Positions 26,681 through 47,966 are shown, numbered from the stretch's first letter. The stretch: 64,000 nucleotides of DNA from Bugula neritina (GCA_964035545.1 OZ037767.1:18692259-18756258), one strand, 5' to 3'. The notes: generated by a model from the letters alone, not told the origin. Made by a program: numbers and translations.

Positions 26681-29600
26681 CAATGATTTGCTTAGGTATA
26701 ACTTAAAAGTTAAGAAGCACAATTGAACCTGCTCCTATACAAATGCTCTACGTATAGTGTAAGCTAAACTACTGATATGAAGAGTAAAGTCTACTACATC
26801 AGATACAGCTATCGCTTATATAATTGTATTCAGATAACAGGCAAGCTCACTGGTAGTTTTATATTATAGGAAGCGTTGCCTTAACATTTAGACAGTGACC
26901 CATTTATGAAGCAACATTTTAGTTCTCCTTGCAAAGAATACATGCTAGCTTGAAACTTAGTATTTGAAGATAGACCAAAATATTTTTATATAAGGTCACA
27001 AAGTACGAATATCTTTCTTCCTCTGTATATATAGATTCAATGTAGATGTTATAGTGCCATGTTGTTTATATGTTTACAGTTATGGTGTACAGTATTATAT
27101 GTATGTAACATCAAGTACTAGAATGTGTGAAGCTTGACCATATTATTATGCATATTATAGCTATACAGCTATTAGGTATTATAGCTATATGTAACCAGCC
27201 TAGAATGTAAATACCTAACCCTAGCTAAGTCCCTCAGCAATTACTAAAAATTAATAAAAACTTAGCTAGATTGTGAGTAACATCTACATAATAGATAACA
27301 AATATCAGAATATAACTATTGCTACTGTATTACTGGTGTTGGTGAGAATAAATACATGTGTTAATATTAACGTATTTTAGACTAGCTACTAAAAATCTTT
27401 ATGTAATAAATCATATTGAATCATTATTAAACTGCTGTATAGAGGGTTCAACTTCTACTCAAATGATGAAATACTTCAAGCTGTATAATTTAACCATGTA
27501 ATATACCCATAACTATAGGATGTTTAAAGCACATCATAGTTATTTCTCCCAACATTATTCACTGCTATTTTTACTCTATCATGTCAGCTATATTTTTTAA
27601 AGTTGCTTACTTCAAGTTGGTTAAGTAATATGAGGATGTGCCTTCATACAGCTTTTCAGACAAGACATGAACTATTTGTGTAGCTTATGACAGTGCTTTT
27701 GAAATGCCAAGAAATGTCATTTTATAAATGAAATCTAGCTTAAAGCATAAAATTATATATAGTAGTGCATTTTGTATATAGAGATGATTACAAATTATCT
27801 AGAAGTATATGACAACAACTAAAATACACTCTTTAAAAAGGACCATGCTTTTGAAATTGGGACAAAACATTGTTGCATCAGTAAAGTGACGTTTCAAAAC
27901 TGACCTACGTTGTAACTTAAGTAAGTAGTTGTTATTTTGCATTTTGACTTAGCAACATTTTCACCTAGCGGTTAGTGTGTTCCAAATTGTGCCAGAACTT
28001 TAGTAAGCTAAAGTCAAAATTCTTCAAAAAATCAGCTTGAATCATACTAATGTGCAGTATTGGTATATACACTTAGATCTCAAATACAACCAAATTTTTG
28101 ACTTAAAATATAAAATGATATACTAAAGATTAAATTCAAATTTTGCTATGATCAAATTATTTCTGAAAATATAATTGACTATACCTTTGGCTAGTATTAA
28201 TATGTTCATTGAGAAAAATTTTGCTGTAGAGTTCATGGATAGAAATCAAACTGGAGCTAATTACTGTTAGACAGAACAGGCTTTAAATACTAATTATGTT
28301 ACTGTTTAATATTGGCTAATATAAGAGACTATAGTGAAACAGATTATTGTTGTAATATTATTCATCACAACGCAGGGCTACGACTAAAAAACAAAATTCA
28401 AACTTCTGAAAAAATTCATCCTGAAGCCTATTATTATGCATTGTATGCAGGTTTCAGACTCTGCTCATTTTATAAGCACCATGCCATTATATACTCGCAA
28501 TTAGAAACATAGTCATAATATAGCTAATGTATTGCTACGTACACCTTCACATTTCTCTAACTATAAGTAACTATGTAAACACCTACACTCAACATAACTG
28601 CCACCCAAATGCAAAGAATTAATTCTGAGAGTTGCTGAGCCAATTTTCATTATCTAAATGTCTATAAAGCTTACCCTGTTGCTTCCATGTGTATTATGGC
28701 ATTTTCCAAACAAACGGAAACTCATTAACAGCAAGCTGACTTTTTGGGTGGAACTGAAAAAACCTACTATTGTTACGCCATGGATCTAACTATGGAAAAT
28801 GTTTACGCAATTAATAAGGTGACTGTCCCCAAACTTTTATGACTAATAAACACTATACTAGCTGCAGTTGAATGTTGCTATCTAAACATAGTATTATTTG
28901 CTTAAGAGATGATAAGGGAATTGTGATTCATCATTAAATGAACTTTGACTCATTTTATCTTGTTGGTTTAACCATGTATACTACCACTGCAGGTCGAGTA
29001 GCATACATGCTACCAAGAGTCTGCACTATAAAATAGGATCTCACAATTTGTCTAATTCTAATGCATTTAGGACGACTTATATATGTAGCTTTCTTAGCAG
29101 GAGATGTAAAACAACTAGCTAGTTGGGAACTCTTTCTATTTACTTTAATATTGGCAGAAAAATATTCCATAACTACTTTTTTGAATGGAAAACCACTAAT
29201 TAAACCTCAAGGTTTTTATCAATTATTTGCATCAATTTCAGAGTGAGAGTACACACTGAGCCCAACTATAATGCATCATCAACATAATCCAGGACATATC
29301 AATGCATGCAGACAATACAATAGATCTGTCTTGTCATGCGAGAGTTTTGTTTAAATTATATAAAATTATCACAATAAATTCCTGACAACTATAAGTGCTA
29401 TGAGTAAAATAATATTGTTTGCGCCGGATGTGCAAGTCCTCTAGCTGTTGCTAAGTAACTGCTGGATTGATCTATAAGACTAATCTTTGTAGGTCAATTA
29501 ATGCTGGTTGGTACTGCAGAGACACGTGATAACCTAGTTTATATGCTGGTATATAGTATAGTGTCATGAAAGTGCTTATAGAAAGGATGGATTACAGAGA

Positions 29601-29719
29601 ACCAATTCTGCTGGTATTTATTAATACTGTATATTTATATTTGACTGCATGCAGTTAATAGAGTCGCATTTGCTTATTATCATGACTTCTAAAGAAGTTG
29701 TGGCAAGTAGAAAAGAAAG

Positions 29720-29808
29720 TTGGTTACATAATAAGATGACTTCTAAAGAAACTGTGTGCAGAGTGAATCAGTATATAAGTTGGTGAGAAGCAGAATATCA
29801 TCATTTAC
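29720..29808 (+). promoter_or_regulatory. Core promoter of Ly6 copy D
   Basis: GGTTACATAA, TGAATCA, TATATAA at 29772-29778, TCATTT Inr; homologous to promoters of A-C. Confidence 0.55.
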
Positions 29809-29839
29809 TGAGAAGACATTCTACAGAATACCAGACAAG

Positions 29840-30490
29840 ATGAACAAGCTACTTCTACTCGCTCTCTTTGTTGGTAAATTTGCTCTCATTTTTATATAAT
29901 TATTATTTTGTATTTTATTGCTATCTATAGATAAAAAAATTAACTAATTTTTGCTCAAGAAAATTATTTAAGTACTTTACTCCTTTTCATAGCAACTCTT
30001 GCAAGCACAAACGCTATCAAGTGTTACCAATGTACTGACTGTGCAGCTGAAGCTAATGAAGATGATCTGTCTGATTGTGCTAGCTACTTGACTGCCTGCA
30101 TGCTACATCACTGAAGGTAATGCTAGTTTGAATATATCTATAATACTGTACTATAACTATATGTGAGAAACTTCAGGTTTAATGTATAGTTACAAGAAAT
30201 ATGTTGGTATATTTAAGCAATTTACATATTTCAGGTAGTACATGTACAAACATTTTCAATGGGTCCAAGAAAGGTCCTAATTTAAATAAAATGAGCCAGA
30301 TTCAGCTGAAATACTTGTTTTAATTTAAATTTGTCAGCCATGATTTGTTTACTTTGAAATCAATATTTATAGAGCTATTCAAGCATTCAATTAGTTCCAC
30401 CTAATAACATTTATATAGATATCTCTAACAGTCAACTCTAATGAGATAATTTACTAAAAGAAACTTAAGTTTTGAAATAAAGGTTACTAT

Positions 30491-30581
<91 letters not shown>

Positions 30582-30860
30582 CTCTAAAATAAGTGTTTGT
30601 AAACATAATATACATATGCATACCATAACATAAATATGTTGAAAAATAGTGAGGTGTTTCATGTTTCTACTTGTGCAGAAGTAAATGGGGACACTACAAC
30701 CTATCACAGAGGATGCAGTTTTGCCCCAGCCAACTTAGAGGGAGATGATTGTGAGAAAATAGTGAATCCATTTGTTAATGATGGAATTGAACACCTTAGA
30801 TGTCATTGTGATGAAGATGCATGTAATGATAAGATGAAGGAGATCACAACTACCATCTAA
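29840..30860 (+). pseudogene. Ly6/three-finger copy D, inverted orientation, frameshifted
   Basis: Exons 29840-29873, 29993-30116, 30679-30860. Exon 2 has a 4-bp insertion (GCC TGC ATGC TAC, 30100-30103) giving TGA at 30112-30114; otherwise protein-identical to B/C. An assembly error cannot be excluded. Confidence 0.8.
30493..30577. repeat. (TA)n microsatellite
   Basis: Directly visible. Confidence 0.95.
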
Positions 30861-31459
30861 TAAATTACAGAAGTTGATAATATTGTTGACGATGACTTGA
30901 ATGATTATACTGACTATGATATTTATTTCTATTTAAAATTGCCTAAAATATATTTGTTACATTGCATCTTTCTGTTTCATTCTATCTCACATAATTTCAG
31001 AAATAAGATAAACCTGGATTTCTAATTATAGCATTTTGCATTCATGAAAGCTTAAGATGTTGAATGCAAATCAATTAAAAACTGTGAACTTATTTGTTAA
31101 AAAATAAATAAGTAAGATAATATTTATGATGTAGTTTTAGTTCACTTATAGTCACAGCGTTAGATATAAACATGTATAAGTTTACACATAGCTATTGAAC
31201 TTTATGTTAAACTTAGCTATATATAGTCACCAATCTGATGGACATATATCATAGGTTTCTGAGTTTTACTCTACAGGCTATTATATGTAATTAAATTCTT
31301 GAATAAGCATAGTTTGTTAAAAATCTTATGTGTTTCATATGCATGGTTAATAAGTAAGAAATTTTGCAAAACAAACATTTTTAGTGAATACATATGCATA
31401 CCGTAACATAAATATGTTGAAAAATAGTGAAGTGTTTCATGTTTCTATAACTTGTGCAG

Positions 31460-31641
31460 AAGTAAATGGAGACACCACAACCTACCACAGAGGATGCAGT
31501 TTTGCCCCAGCCAATTTAGAGGGAGATGATTGTGAGAAAATAGTGAATCCATTTGTTAATGATGGAATTGAACACCTTAGATGTCATTGTGGTGAAGATG
31601 CTTGTAATGATAAGATGAAGGAGATCACAACTACCATCTAA
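31460..31641 (+). pseudogene. Duplicated terminal exon (3b) of Ly6 copy D
   Basis: Second intact copy of exon 3 with its own acceptor (ttgtgcag|AA GTA); one substitution, CHCGEDACN; no exon 1 or 2 between 30860 and 31460. Confidence 0.75.
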
Positions 31642-33097
31642 AAAATTCCAGAAGATGAGAATATGATTGATGCTGTTGAAGAAAGGATTTGCTATAAAAT
31701 AATTCTTGTTGACAGTGTTTTGTGACTCAAGAATTTACATGCTTCTTGCACTTAGAATAGTAGCTTTTCTTATAGCATATACTTGTCTAGAGCAATAAAT
31801 AAATCTACTCAAAACATTTATACTATATATTTTGGTTTTAATCACATTTAAATTAATTTTATAAAATATGATTGCTTAAATGTGGCTGTATTTACATATA
31901 TCGCATCATCTTTAACAAAACATCTTTAATTATTGCATAGCAGTTGTAACAGCCAGCATGGCCTTTTTGTAACTCATGTTTGTAAAAATAAATAGAAAAC
32001 TAAGTATTGAAAATGCACTCATAAATTATTTACACTTAGCTTGTCAAACCTATTGTCATTAAACTTAAGCTATATATTTGTTCTTCATAGAATTAGCACA
32101 GCTGTTTTGAGCTGTTATGCTAGCCAACACATCTTGTAAACTAGCTAGCTATATAAGGCTTTGTAGGCTGCACAAGCGCTCATTCTACACTTGGCCTAGC
32201 CATGGTAGGCTAAGTGTTAGAGCCATGACCAGTGCAGCCGTTTCATAAAACTAGTCGAGCCAATCAGGTAAAAGACATTAACTTCAAATAAATAAATACA
32301 GAAATTTATCAAAAAAGTCAGTTTTTAGAAGTATATAGTCGTTTATTGCATATTATAATTTATTATCCATATTATTTTGAACATCGGTAATGTTTTTTAA
32401 ACAAAAAATATATATTCAGCATAACTATAAGTAATATATTAAGTATATTTCAAAATTATTTTTGCAAGTATATGCTACTGGGGTTATAAAAGCCACTTTC
32501 AAACTTGCAAAACCGTATTAATACACCTTGTAAATGTTTATATAGCCTATATAGATAATCAGTCATTCTTTAAAAGTATTACAAAAAACTTAAGTCTAAC
32601 ATAATATATGTACTCATACTGTAGATTCAAGATGCTATTATAAGCCTAAAGATTCATGTTAATTTTATAATATAATATTAGCTAGTATTTAGAATAATGC
32701 AAGCCTTTGGAACTTTATTAAAACTGAAATAGCTTTCAGAATAACAGCATTAAGAAAATGGCCATAAGAGGTAAGGATTTCGCCGCTGTTAAAAATTCAA
32801 AATGTAAAATCAATAATTTGCAATATTTTTGTTGTGACTAAATACACATCAGCAGCAATTTTCTAATTAGTGTTTACTGTTTACTGTTTGGTATATTATT
32901 GAATTGCATATATTTTGCTATATATATGTAATAATTATATTGATAACATGACTTGCCTCACTAATCATTGTGAGTAAAAATAAATTTGAAATAATATAAT
33001 TTCATAAATATTAACAGAGCCTAGTTGTATAAATATTTTAAAAGCAACTAAATAAGCTTTGCAAATTTAAAATAAGTATAAAAAGTATTATTAGATT

Positions 33098-40212
<7,115 letters not shown>

Positions 40213-42004
40213 GCTTTCTTTTGTGTGTTTAAATAGAAATTACAGGTAATCCAATTTTCAACAGCAGCCTTTTCGTTTTTTAATCAAAAGTTCACTCAGT
40301 CCTGATGTGACTAGAAGCATGCCCAACTTAGCAGCAGGTGTGCTCATATCTTAAATAAAAAACATCCCAAGTGATATGAGTGTTAAATACTATTTTATAA
40401 GTGCAGGGGCCAACATGTAAATCTAAACATCATAAATGTTCAAAGAGAGGGGATTTTATATTTGAATATTGCAGTGTGTGAAGTGCTAGAGTTTGGAAAA
40501 TAGGCTATGATTCTGATAAAAATATAAAACAGTAAATGCATTCTCCCACGTGTTGGCTGCAGCTCAATAAAAGCTAATAAAATGCTGCCAATTTTTATGC
40601 ATGCAAATAAAACGCTTAAAATGGAAGGTTTAAAAACATGAAAGCTAAACATAATTAAAGTATGCAGCCAAATCTGATCGTATGATCTAAATTCCATAGT
40701 TTTTGATAAATTATTTAGAAATCTGATCTAAACTCATGTAATGATTATAAACATCAGGCAGCAGCTGGGAAACAAGATTTCCCTTTTTTTTATTATTGGC
40801 AAGTGACTATATAACTTAATGCATTGTTTGGATCACATGGCTTTAATCTTTCAGCAAAAAATTTAGCTAAACTATTTTGGAAAATCTATTCAATCAATCC
40901 TGATGTTTCCAGATAAAGCTTTGATTTTTCATAAGACAAAAATAGACACCATGTTATGTGAAAGATCCTGCTCTGAGTGTCTCAAATTACTAGGAAATGA
41001 TGTGCTACTGTATTCATTATACTGCAGAGTTTTTGCCAAGTATAAAAATATACAATATAAATTCCTGATCAATGGCTGGTTTAAATCAGTCTGACAAGAG
41101 CAAAAATATACAAACCCGACCTTGCCATGAAAAGGTCATCTAGTATGCTGTATAACAGTCTTCATTAAAATAGCTGAAATTGACTAAGGTCTTTACACTG
41201 AGGCAGACTGCCACCCTAAAGCTATCCAAAAAACATTAGAAGTCCTAGTTATACCCCTTCTGACAGATGATGCAAAATGTGGGTTGTGATAGTGAAATAT
41301 CATGGCAGGTTTATGATGTTATAGTTACAGACGGTTACAGCATAACTGTCTAATATTATAGCACTGATAGATGTGCTTTGTTGTGGACAAACAAGCATTC
41401 GTCTATAACATGAATAGGTACCAATTTGGTTTTTTGTTTACATCTCAACACTGAATAAGAACATATTGCTACAGTCACGACATGTACCACTAAACACCTC
41501 AAACCAACACACAATGAACTTGTACTGATGAAGTAGAAAGCTGAGTTGCAGTGGCATATAGCAAAAACAGCAGCACAGCGGCAGCACGAAAACAGCAGCA
41601 CATTGGCAGCAGGAAAACAGCAGCACACTGCATGGCAGCATGTAAAGAACTTATAAATAACAGCTTTTAATGCTAGACACTGCAAATATTATATCTGCAT
41701 GGTGCAACAGCTACAAAAATATTTTGTTGAAAATTGCATTTAAAATAGCCATGTTGCTAAAATTATTTAATATTTAGTTTTGAGTTGATTTCTGCTAATA
41801 AACGCTAAATGCAGAAGTTGGAATTTAGAAATGGCTAGAATCCGGAAGAGGAATTTATAGATGCGTGGATAAGAAGTGAAAATGTAACAACCGTCAGTTA
41901 CTCTTAGTACATTATTTCATAATGTCTCATATTGAGTTTCAAAATATTATATAAATCGTATATTAACAATAATTCTGCATGTGTTTATATAATACTGAAT
42001 AACA

Positions 42005-42350
42005 AAACTATATTATATTACATTATATTTTATTGCATTATAATGTATTATATTGTGATAAATCATATTATAATATTATACTGTGTTATATTATATTACA
42101 TTATTTTATAGTATATTTTAGTATTTTATGGTATATTATAATATCTTATATTATATTATGTTATATTATATTACATCATATTATATTATATTATATTGCA
42201 TTATATTACGTTATATTTTATTATACTATATTATGCTATCTTATTATATTATATTACGTTATATTGTAATACTTTATATTATAGTATATAACATTTTAAT
42301 ATGTTATATTATATTATATAATATGTTATACTATATTTTTAGTTATACTT
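42005..42350. repeat. Degenerate (TATTA)n pentanucleotide repeat
   Basis: Directly visible low-complexity tract. Confidence 0.8.
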
Positions 42351-43149
42351 AAGCTTTGTTTGATTTCTGAAAATGCTATGCGCTTTTTAAAGTTATGATG
42401 CCACTATGTAGATTCCTTGGGATATATTGTGCTATAAGCTATACCACTGGTCAAAAAATATAAATTGACTTGGATTTAGTTTACTTTGCAATTATGTAGA
42501 TAAAATATTACCAATATGTGTGAAACATAATTGAAAATGTAAAGAGGAAGGTGACTAGAAAAATATTTTTCTAATCTTTGAGGTTTTTAAATAAGAAATA
42601 GAGGTGTTGTATTGAAAAACTTATCAATCTAAGATGTTGAAAAGCATTCCTGGGACAAATTTCATTAGACGACTAATATTGTTTTCATTAATAAATTTCT
42701 TTTCTTCAATAAAATGAAAATAAATTTACTTAAAAAGTATCTGGTTTAGATTAGTAACAAAATAAAAACATCCAAACTTTGACCCTAGAAAATAGTCATG
42801 CTTTAATGAGGAGTTCACTGAAATTAATTAAGGGTGCAGACTGTCTTCCTAAAGTTATGCGAGGAACATCAAAAGTCTTAGTACATTTTCCAGCAGGTGG
42901 TGTAAATTAAGTCCAAAGATGTGGTAGTGGAAAGTGTACTCAACTCTGGCAGATCTATTACACAATTATAGTATATATAAAGCTTTTCTTATTGTAGTAA
43001 TAATATCAATGGATATTTATGCATAACTTGAAATTGACAAAGGCCATATGTGAAACTTTGTTCTTACAATAATCTTGTGCTTAAACTCAGTGTCCGGAAG
43101 TTGGCAATGTCTACTCTTATCAAAATAGAAAGTTGAGATATTATATAAT

Positions 43150-43365
43150 TGACCTATATGAGACTGCATGAATAGTGAGCATAAAAGGAAGAGAAATAAG
43201 GGTATGAGAATGAATAATAACAGTGTGAGACCAAATAATAGACTTAAGAGCACAAATAATAAGAGTATGAGAGTAAATCATAGACCAATGAGAGCGTTTT
43301 GTGAGCATATGAGAGAGAATAATAGTTATATACTTTATTATAAGCATATGAGATGCAATAATAAG
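43150..43365. repeat. Degenerate short tandem repeat (ATGAGA...AATAATAAG-like)
   Basis: Recurrent ATGAGA and AATAATA motifs at irregular spacing. Confidence 0.45.
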
Positions 43366-44816
43366 CGAATCTTTGACCATTTGGCACTCCATAGTGCACA
43401 TGCTTTTCTAAGTAAACGTCATTTTACTTTTGTTGATTACTGTAATACATAAAAATGGAGGTAATGGCAAGTAGTCACATATGCTGTTTAAAAATGAGAT
43501 TACATCATTTTAGATTTTTTTTACAACAGATGGCATGCAAAAGTGTGACACACGTGATAGCTTGAGCTAATTTATGATGGTATAAGAATAGTGATTTAAT
43601 TATCAAAAATAGGCATTCAAAGTTATGCATTTTGTTCACATTATATGCTATAAGATGAATTATAAAGTTCAAGTGAGAATCCTAGAATATAAATGCATCT
43701 TTATCACCATGCTAAAAGTGCTATTTTAAGCTCATATAGAAAGATTTACCCTGAAAATATTGATATTTTTCACAATTAAAAATGTGATAAAGTAAATTAA
43801 GTCTGAAATATAATATACATCAAACTATTAGCCAAAATATTTTTAAGATTAATTAAAAACATTAAAGGACTGAAATATTTAACAACCTATAATACTTTGC
43901 TATTTTATTAATCCCTTATTGCTGGTGATTGCATTATATAATCAGTATATAGTATTTAATCAGAAAATGAAGAAGATAATAGTTGCATGTTTCAAACCAA
44001 AAAAGTAGCTGTTTACTCGTCAGTGCTGGACCTCTATATTTAAATAATTACATTAAAACTTCAACTTGGCTTTGTTAAATGCTTGTACCTTTTTACTTTG
44101 GTACGCATTATTATATAGTTGCATTAAACTGTTGATGTATGCAAAGGAAAAGTAGTACTCCAATGGTACAGACATAATTTATTACTATTATCAGCTGTTT
44201 TATTTCCAACATCAAATGCCTCAATTTAGTCAACAAATAAAATACAAATTTTTATCACGTGATAGCCAAACAGCTTCATTTATAGAGAAAAATGGTCTCA
44301 TCATACATTCCATGATAACTGAAGTATATAACTAAATAATAAGCTTAAGTACTTATTGTAGACAATTGGAATTCCTTTATAATTTTATCAATTGAAAATT
44401 TTTTCCTATAACTATTAAAACTAGATAAAAAAGCTATAAAAAAGACTTTTAAATTATTGTGTGCAGTAAAAATTATTAAGGTCTTTTCCTAACGTAGCAA
44501 CTTTCTGATTTTACAATTAGAATGCAAACATTAAGTTTATTTAAAGCATACAATATTTCACTCTACTTGCTCAAATCAAATTTAGCTTCTTACAAAAATT
44601 TTTTCACTATTTACACAAATGGCAACTAATTTAGCAAACTTTGTAAAAATGTAAAATAAGCCAACTTTTTTGATTTCATAAAAATTATATGAGCAAGTTA
44701 AATTAATTTTTGCAATTAAAAATAGCAATGTAAGCTCAGAAAAAACTTTTTTTATTCCGTATCAAAATGTTTGAATATTAAGCAAAATAAAAGATCTAGA
44801 ATAAAAATGTATATAT

Positions 44817-45533
44817 TTAGGCTTTTGCAATACTAGCAAGAGCATGGACAACTTCAAGGAATGCTTCTAAATTAAAACTGTACAAAGCGTCCTGATACAA
44901 GTCGTGCCAGAAGAATTGTTACCCAACACAAGACTCAGCCACTCTTTTGGGATATAGTCTTTTTGCAGACGTATTGGTACAATAAGTTTACCCTGCTTAT
45001 CAGCATACTCCAGCTCTGAAAAAGATTGACTATGATTATGATTATTAAATACAACTCAATCAACTTATAATAGTATTTAGTTCATTATAAGATGCTCACA
45101 TTATTTAAGTCATCCTTCCTTGTCAAACTATAAAATAATTCAACACCTGCATACTTTAACTTGCTTTGACCTTACCATTTAACTTTTTGCTCCAATACGT
45201 TGTTTTTTGAGCAAATTTTACTTCTACTTAAAAGAACAATTATTTGAATTTGCATTATCATGAATAATAAGAATTATTTAGCAATTGTCTCCTCTTGGTT
45301 TTCACTTGAACAACGATGTGTGGTATGTCACTAATTACAGACTTAGTATGTCTAAAAGACTTTATATCAGTTTGATTGCCAGTACAACAGATAATCACAA
45401 ATGTTGAATAAAATATTATGGAGCTTGTATACTTTTTCTACAGTCTGCACTGGTTTGGCAATTGGCTGTCAGTGCAGGTATTACAACAGCAGCGTTGTCA
45501 AAAGCCTTGGTCATTGAGTCAACAATCGACAAA
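44817..45533 (-). pseudogene. TIR-domain (TIR_2-type) gene remnant, two 3' exons
   Basis: Exon 45533-45433 LSIVDSMTKAFDNAAVVIPALTANCQTSADCRK splices in phase to exon from 45015 KLEYADKQGKLIVPIRLQKDYIPKEWLSLVLG; after a frameshift near 44915 it continues FWHDLYQDALYSFNLEAFLEVVHAL to TAA at 44817. Matches the invertebrate TIR_2 consensus (M..A..NA.VV.....Y..S..CR.E.EYA......I.P.......P..WL...LG...Y.D). 5' exons not found. Confidence 0.75.
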
Positions 45534-45619
45534 CTAGATAAAATTTAAACTAACCCAATCATATTTTGCTGTCTTCTTGAGAAAATAAGAAATAAAATTT
45601 ATGGGATTTGCTGCCAACC

Positions 45620-46450
45620 ACTTGGACAATCAGTGCCTGAATGCTTATAAAATAGCAGTTATAAATTTTGCTCTAATTCAAATAGAAAAGATTTAAAATT
45701 TGCTTAGTGTGTATATTCTATACGTAGATTCAAATATAATAGCCTGCAACCTTGAGAGCATCTCTGATTTGGAGTACCTGAAGTTGAACATCTCTCTGAA
45801 AGCTAATTATAATGTGAAGGAAAACTAAACAAATTATTACAGATTGCAACAGTCACTTGAGAGGTCAGCTGGAAGGTTGCCTCATCATATAGACATTTAG
45901 CTTCTTAACTTGAGTCCGGTACACCGTGCAAGTATCAGCTCCAAACAGTAAAGCTGTCAAGACAAAAGCTCTGTACATTTTGCATTTCACTCAAATGAAC
46001 ACATGTGTGTTTCCTTAGAGACAATCTTGGAGCATACCAAAAGTGGCACTGGCATTTCCAATCCTGTAGCTGAGCTCTTTTTCTAACCTAGCATTTTTAA
46101 AGACTGTGCTGCCAAGATCTTTAAAGTTAATATACTGTATTAAAGGCTCATTGTTGATCACTATATTCACTGGCTCAGGTGGTGGGCAGGTGATCCTAAC
46201 AGGCTGATAAATTATTCTGTTTTCTTGATGTTTATCTTCAAGCTAAATAATGAAGTTGCTTTGGCAAAACAATATAGTGCAAGCACCTGCATATCTTCTG
46301 TGGATTGAGCAACAAGTGCACTGTCATCTGCAAACCACATCTCTTTGAATTAAGGACTCTAGTTTTGTGGGGCTTCAATTTGAACTGGGAAACTTTAAAT
46401 ATATATTCGAATCATGTCTAGTCTGGATGTAAACCTCTTGCTTACATTTT
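45620..46450 (-). mobile_element. Degenerate non-LTR retrotransposon (RTE-like LINE) reverse transcriptase fragment
   Basis: Minus strand about 46337-46285 reads WFADDSALVAQSTEDMQV (FADD catalytic motif); about 46070-46020 reads YRIGNASATFGML; stops and frameshifts present. Confidence 0.65.
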
Positions 46451-47213
46451 TTAAAACAGCCTTTAGCATATATCTTGTATCTTGTAAGATATCAAATTAA
46501 GTTTGTTTGTTTGTTTGTTTTATTTTGTCGTAGTCGGGGGGGGGGGCGGGAATTAATTGAGAAAAAATAAACAAAATGACAGGGCCTATGGCGCAATAGC
46601 ACTGTAGCTAGTCGAGGCACCGAGTGGTAACACTATTTGGATTCTAATATATACAGAACATATTACCCTTTGGCAGAACATAAAATAGAGTTCCACGACT
46701 ATTGCAAATAAAATCCCATGAGGGTATGGGGCAATTCTACTTTCAGTAAAAATTCCTAAAATATATTATATATGATAGCAGTGTTTTTTGAAGAAATTAA
46801 TATTTGAAAATACACTAGACCATGCTAAAATTGGTCAATTATAACTGTATGCAATTTGTTTATTAATTTGCTTTAGAATTGTGTTTAATTTGATGTAATA
46901 TATATGTTAAAAAATATATCAAATAGCAAGTTCTGTCTATTGTTATAACAAAATCACTACGCAACTAAAGCTAGTCCCTATATTTTACACATTTACCTTT
47001 AATTGCTTTTGATCTATTTATTTCAAAATTTTGATGTGTGCATAGTACTTTAATGTTGTCATACTGATTTAATTTTAAAGTAAATAAAATGGATTAAGAC
47101 AGAATGATAAATACAATATACAACACACTTATTTGGATTATTTATATATAAACATACAATAATGTCATAGTCTATAATCATTCAAGTCATTATAAATCAT
47201 GTTAATCTATCTT

Positions 47214-47407
47214 CTAAAATTTATTATAGATAGTAGTTGTGATCTCCTTCATTTTATCATTACATGCATGTTCATTACAATAACTTCTAAGGTGCTCAAT
47301 TCCATCATTAACAAATGGATTCACTATTTTCTCACAATCATCTCTCTTTAAGTTGACTTTGGTAATAATGCATCCTCTGTGGTAGGTTGTCCAGTCTCCA
47401 TTTACTT
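47214..47407 (-). pseudogene. Orphan, diverged Ly6/three-finger terminal exon (copy E)
   Basis: ttttag|AA GTA...: EVNGDWTTYHRGCIITKVNLKRDDCEKIVNPFVNDGIEHLRSYCNEHACNDKMKEITTTIYNKF; one conserved Cys lost (RSYC vs RCHC); exons 1 and 2 not seen upstream. Confidence 0.75.
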
Positions 47408-47853
47408 CTAAAAGTTTACAAAAATTAAAAATATATTTCATCAAACTTTATATAATAGACAGTTTAAGATAAAAAAAGAAAATATTTTTATGAAGGAAAG
47501 TTTTTTAATTCTGCATTTGTTGAGCATTTATTGTTATAGCTGTTTATGTGTATGCATGTAACCTTTTACATCTTAAGTCATTAATAATATGATCAATAAA
47601 ATAAGCCATTGAAAAAAAGGTATAATGCATAAATGATAATCTTCTGTTTGGCCTTAAATGCATGGTAATTTAAAATTAATAAAATTTAACAAGCATTATT
47701 TATGTTTTATAAAAACTTTTAGCATAAGTGCAAAAGATTGTTTGCTGTAAATGCTTTTAGCAATATTGCAAATCATAAATGTAATACTAAAAACATTTTT
47801 ATAAATACTTGTTTTAATTTCATAGAAAATCGTTTTCCTGCTAAATAAAATTA

Positions 47854-47966
47854 TGTGCGTGTGTGCGTGTGTGCGTGTGTGCGTGTGTGCGTGTGTGCGT
47901 GTGTGCGTGTGTGCGTGTGTGCGTGTGTGCGTGTGTGCGTGTGTGCGTGTGCGTGTGCGTGTGTGT
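47854..47966. repeat. (GTGC/GTGT)n compound microsatellite
   Basis: Directly visible. Confidence 0.9.

Noticed and set aside
45495-45515. TKAFD as a LINE reverse-transcriptase motif
   Set aside because: It lies downstream of the FADD motif on that strand (wrong order) and fits the TIR exon reading SMTKAFDNAAVV.
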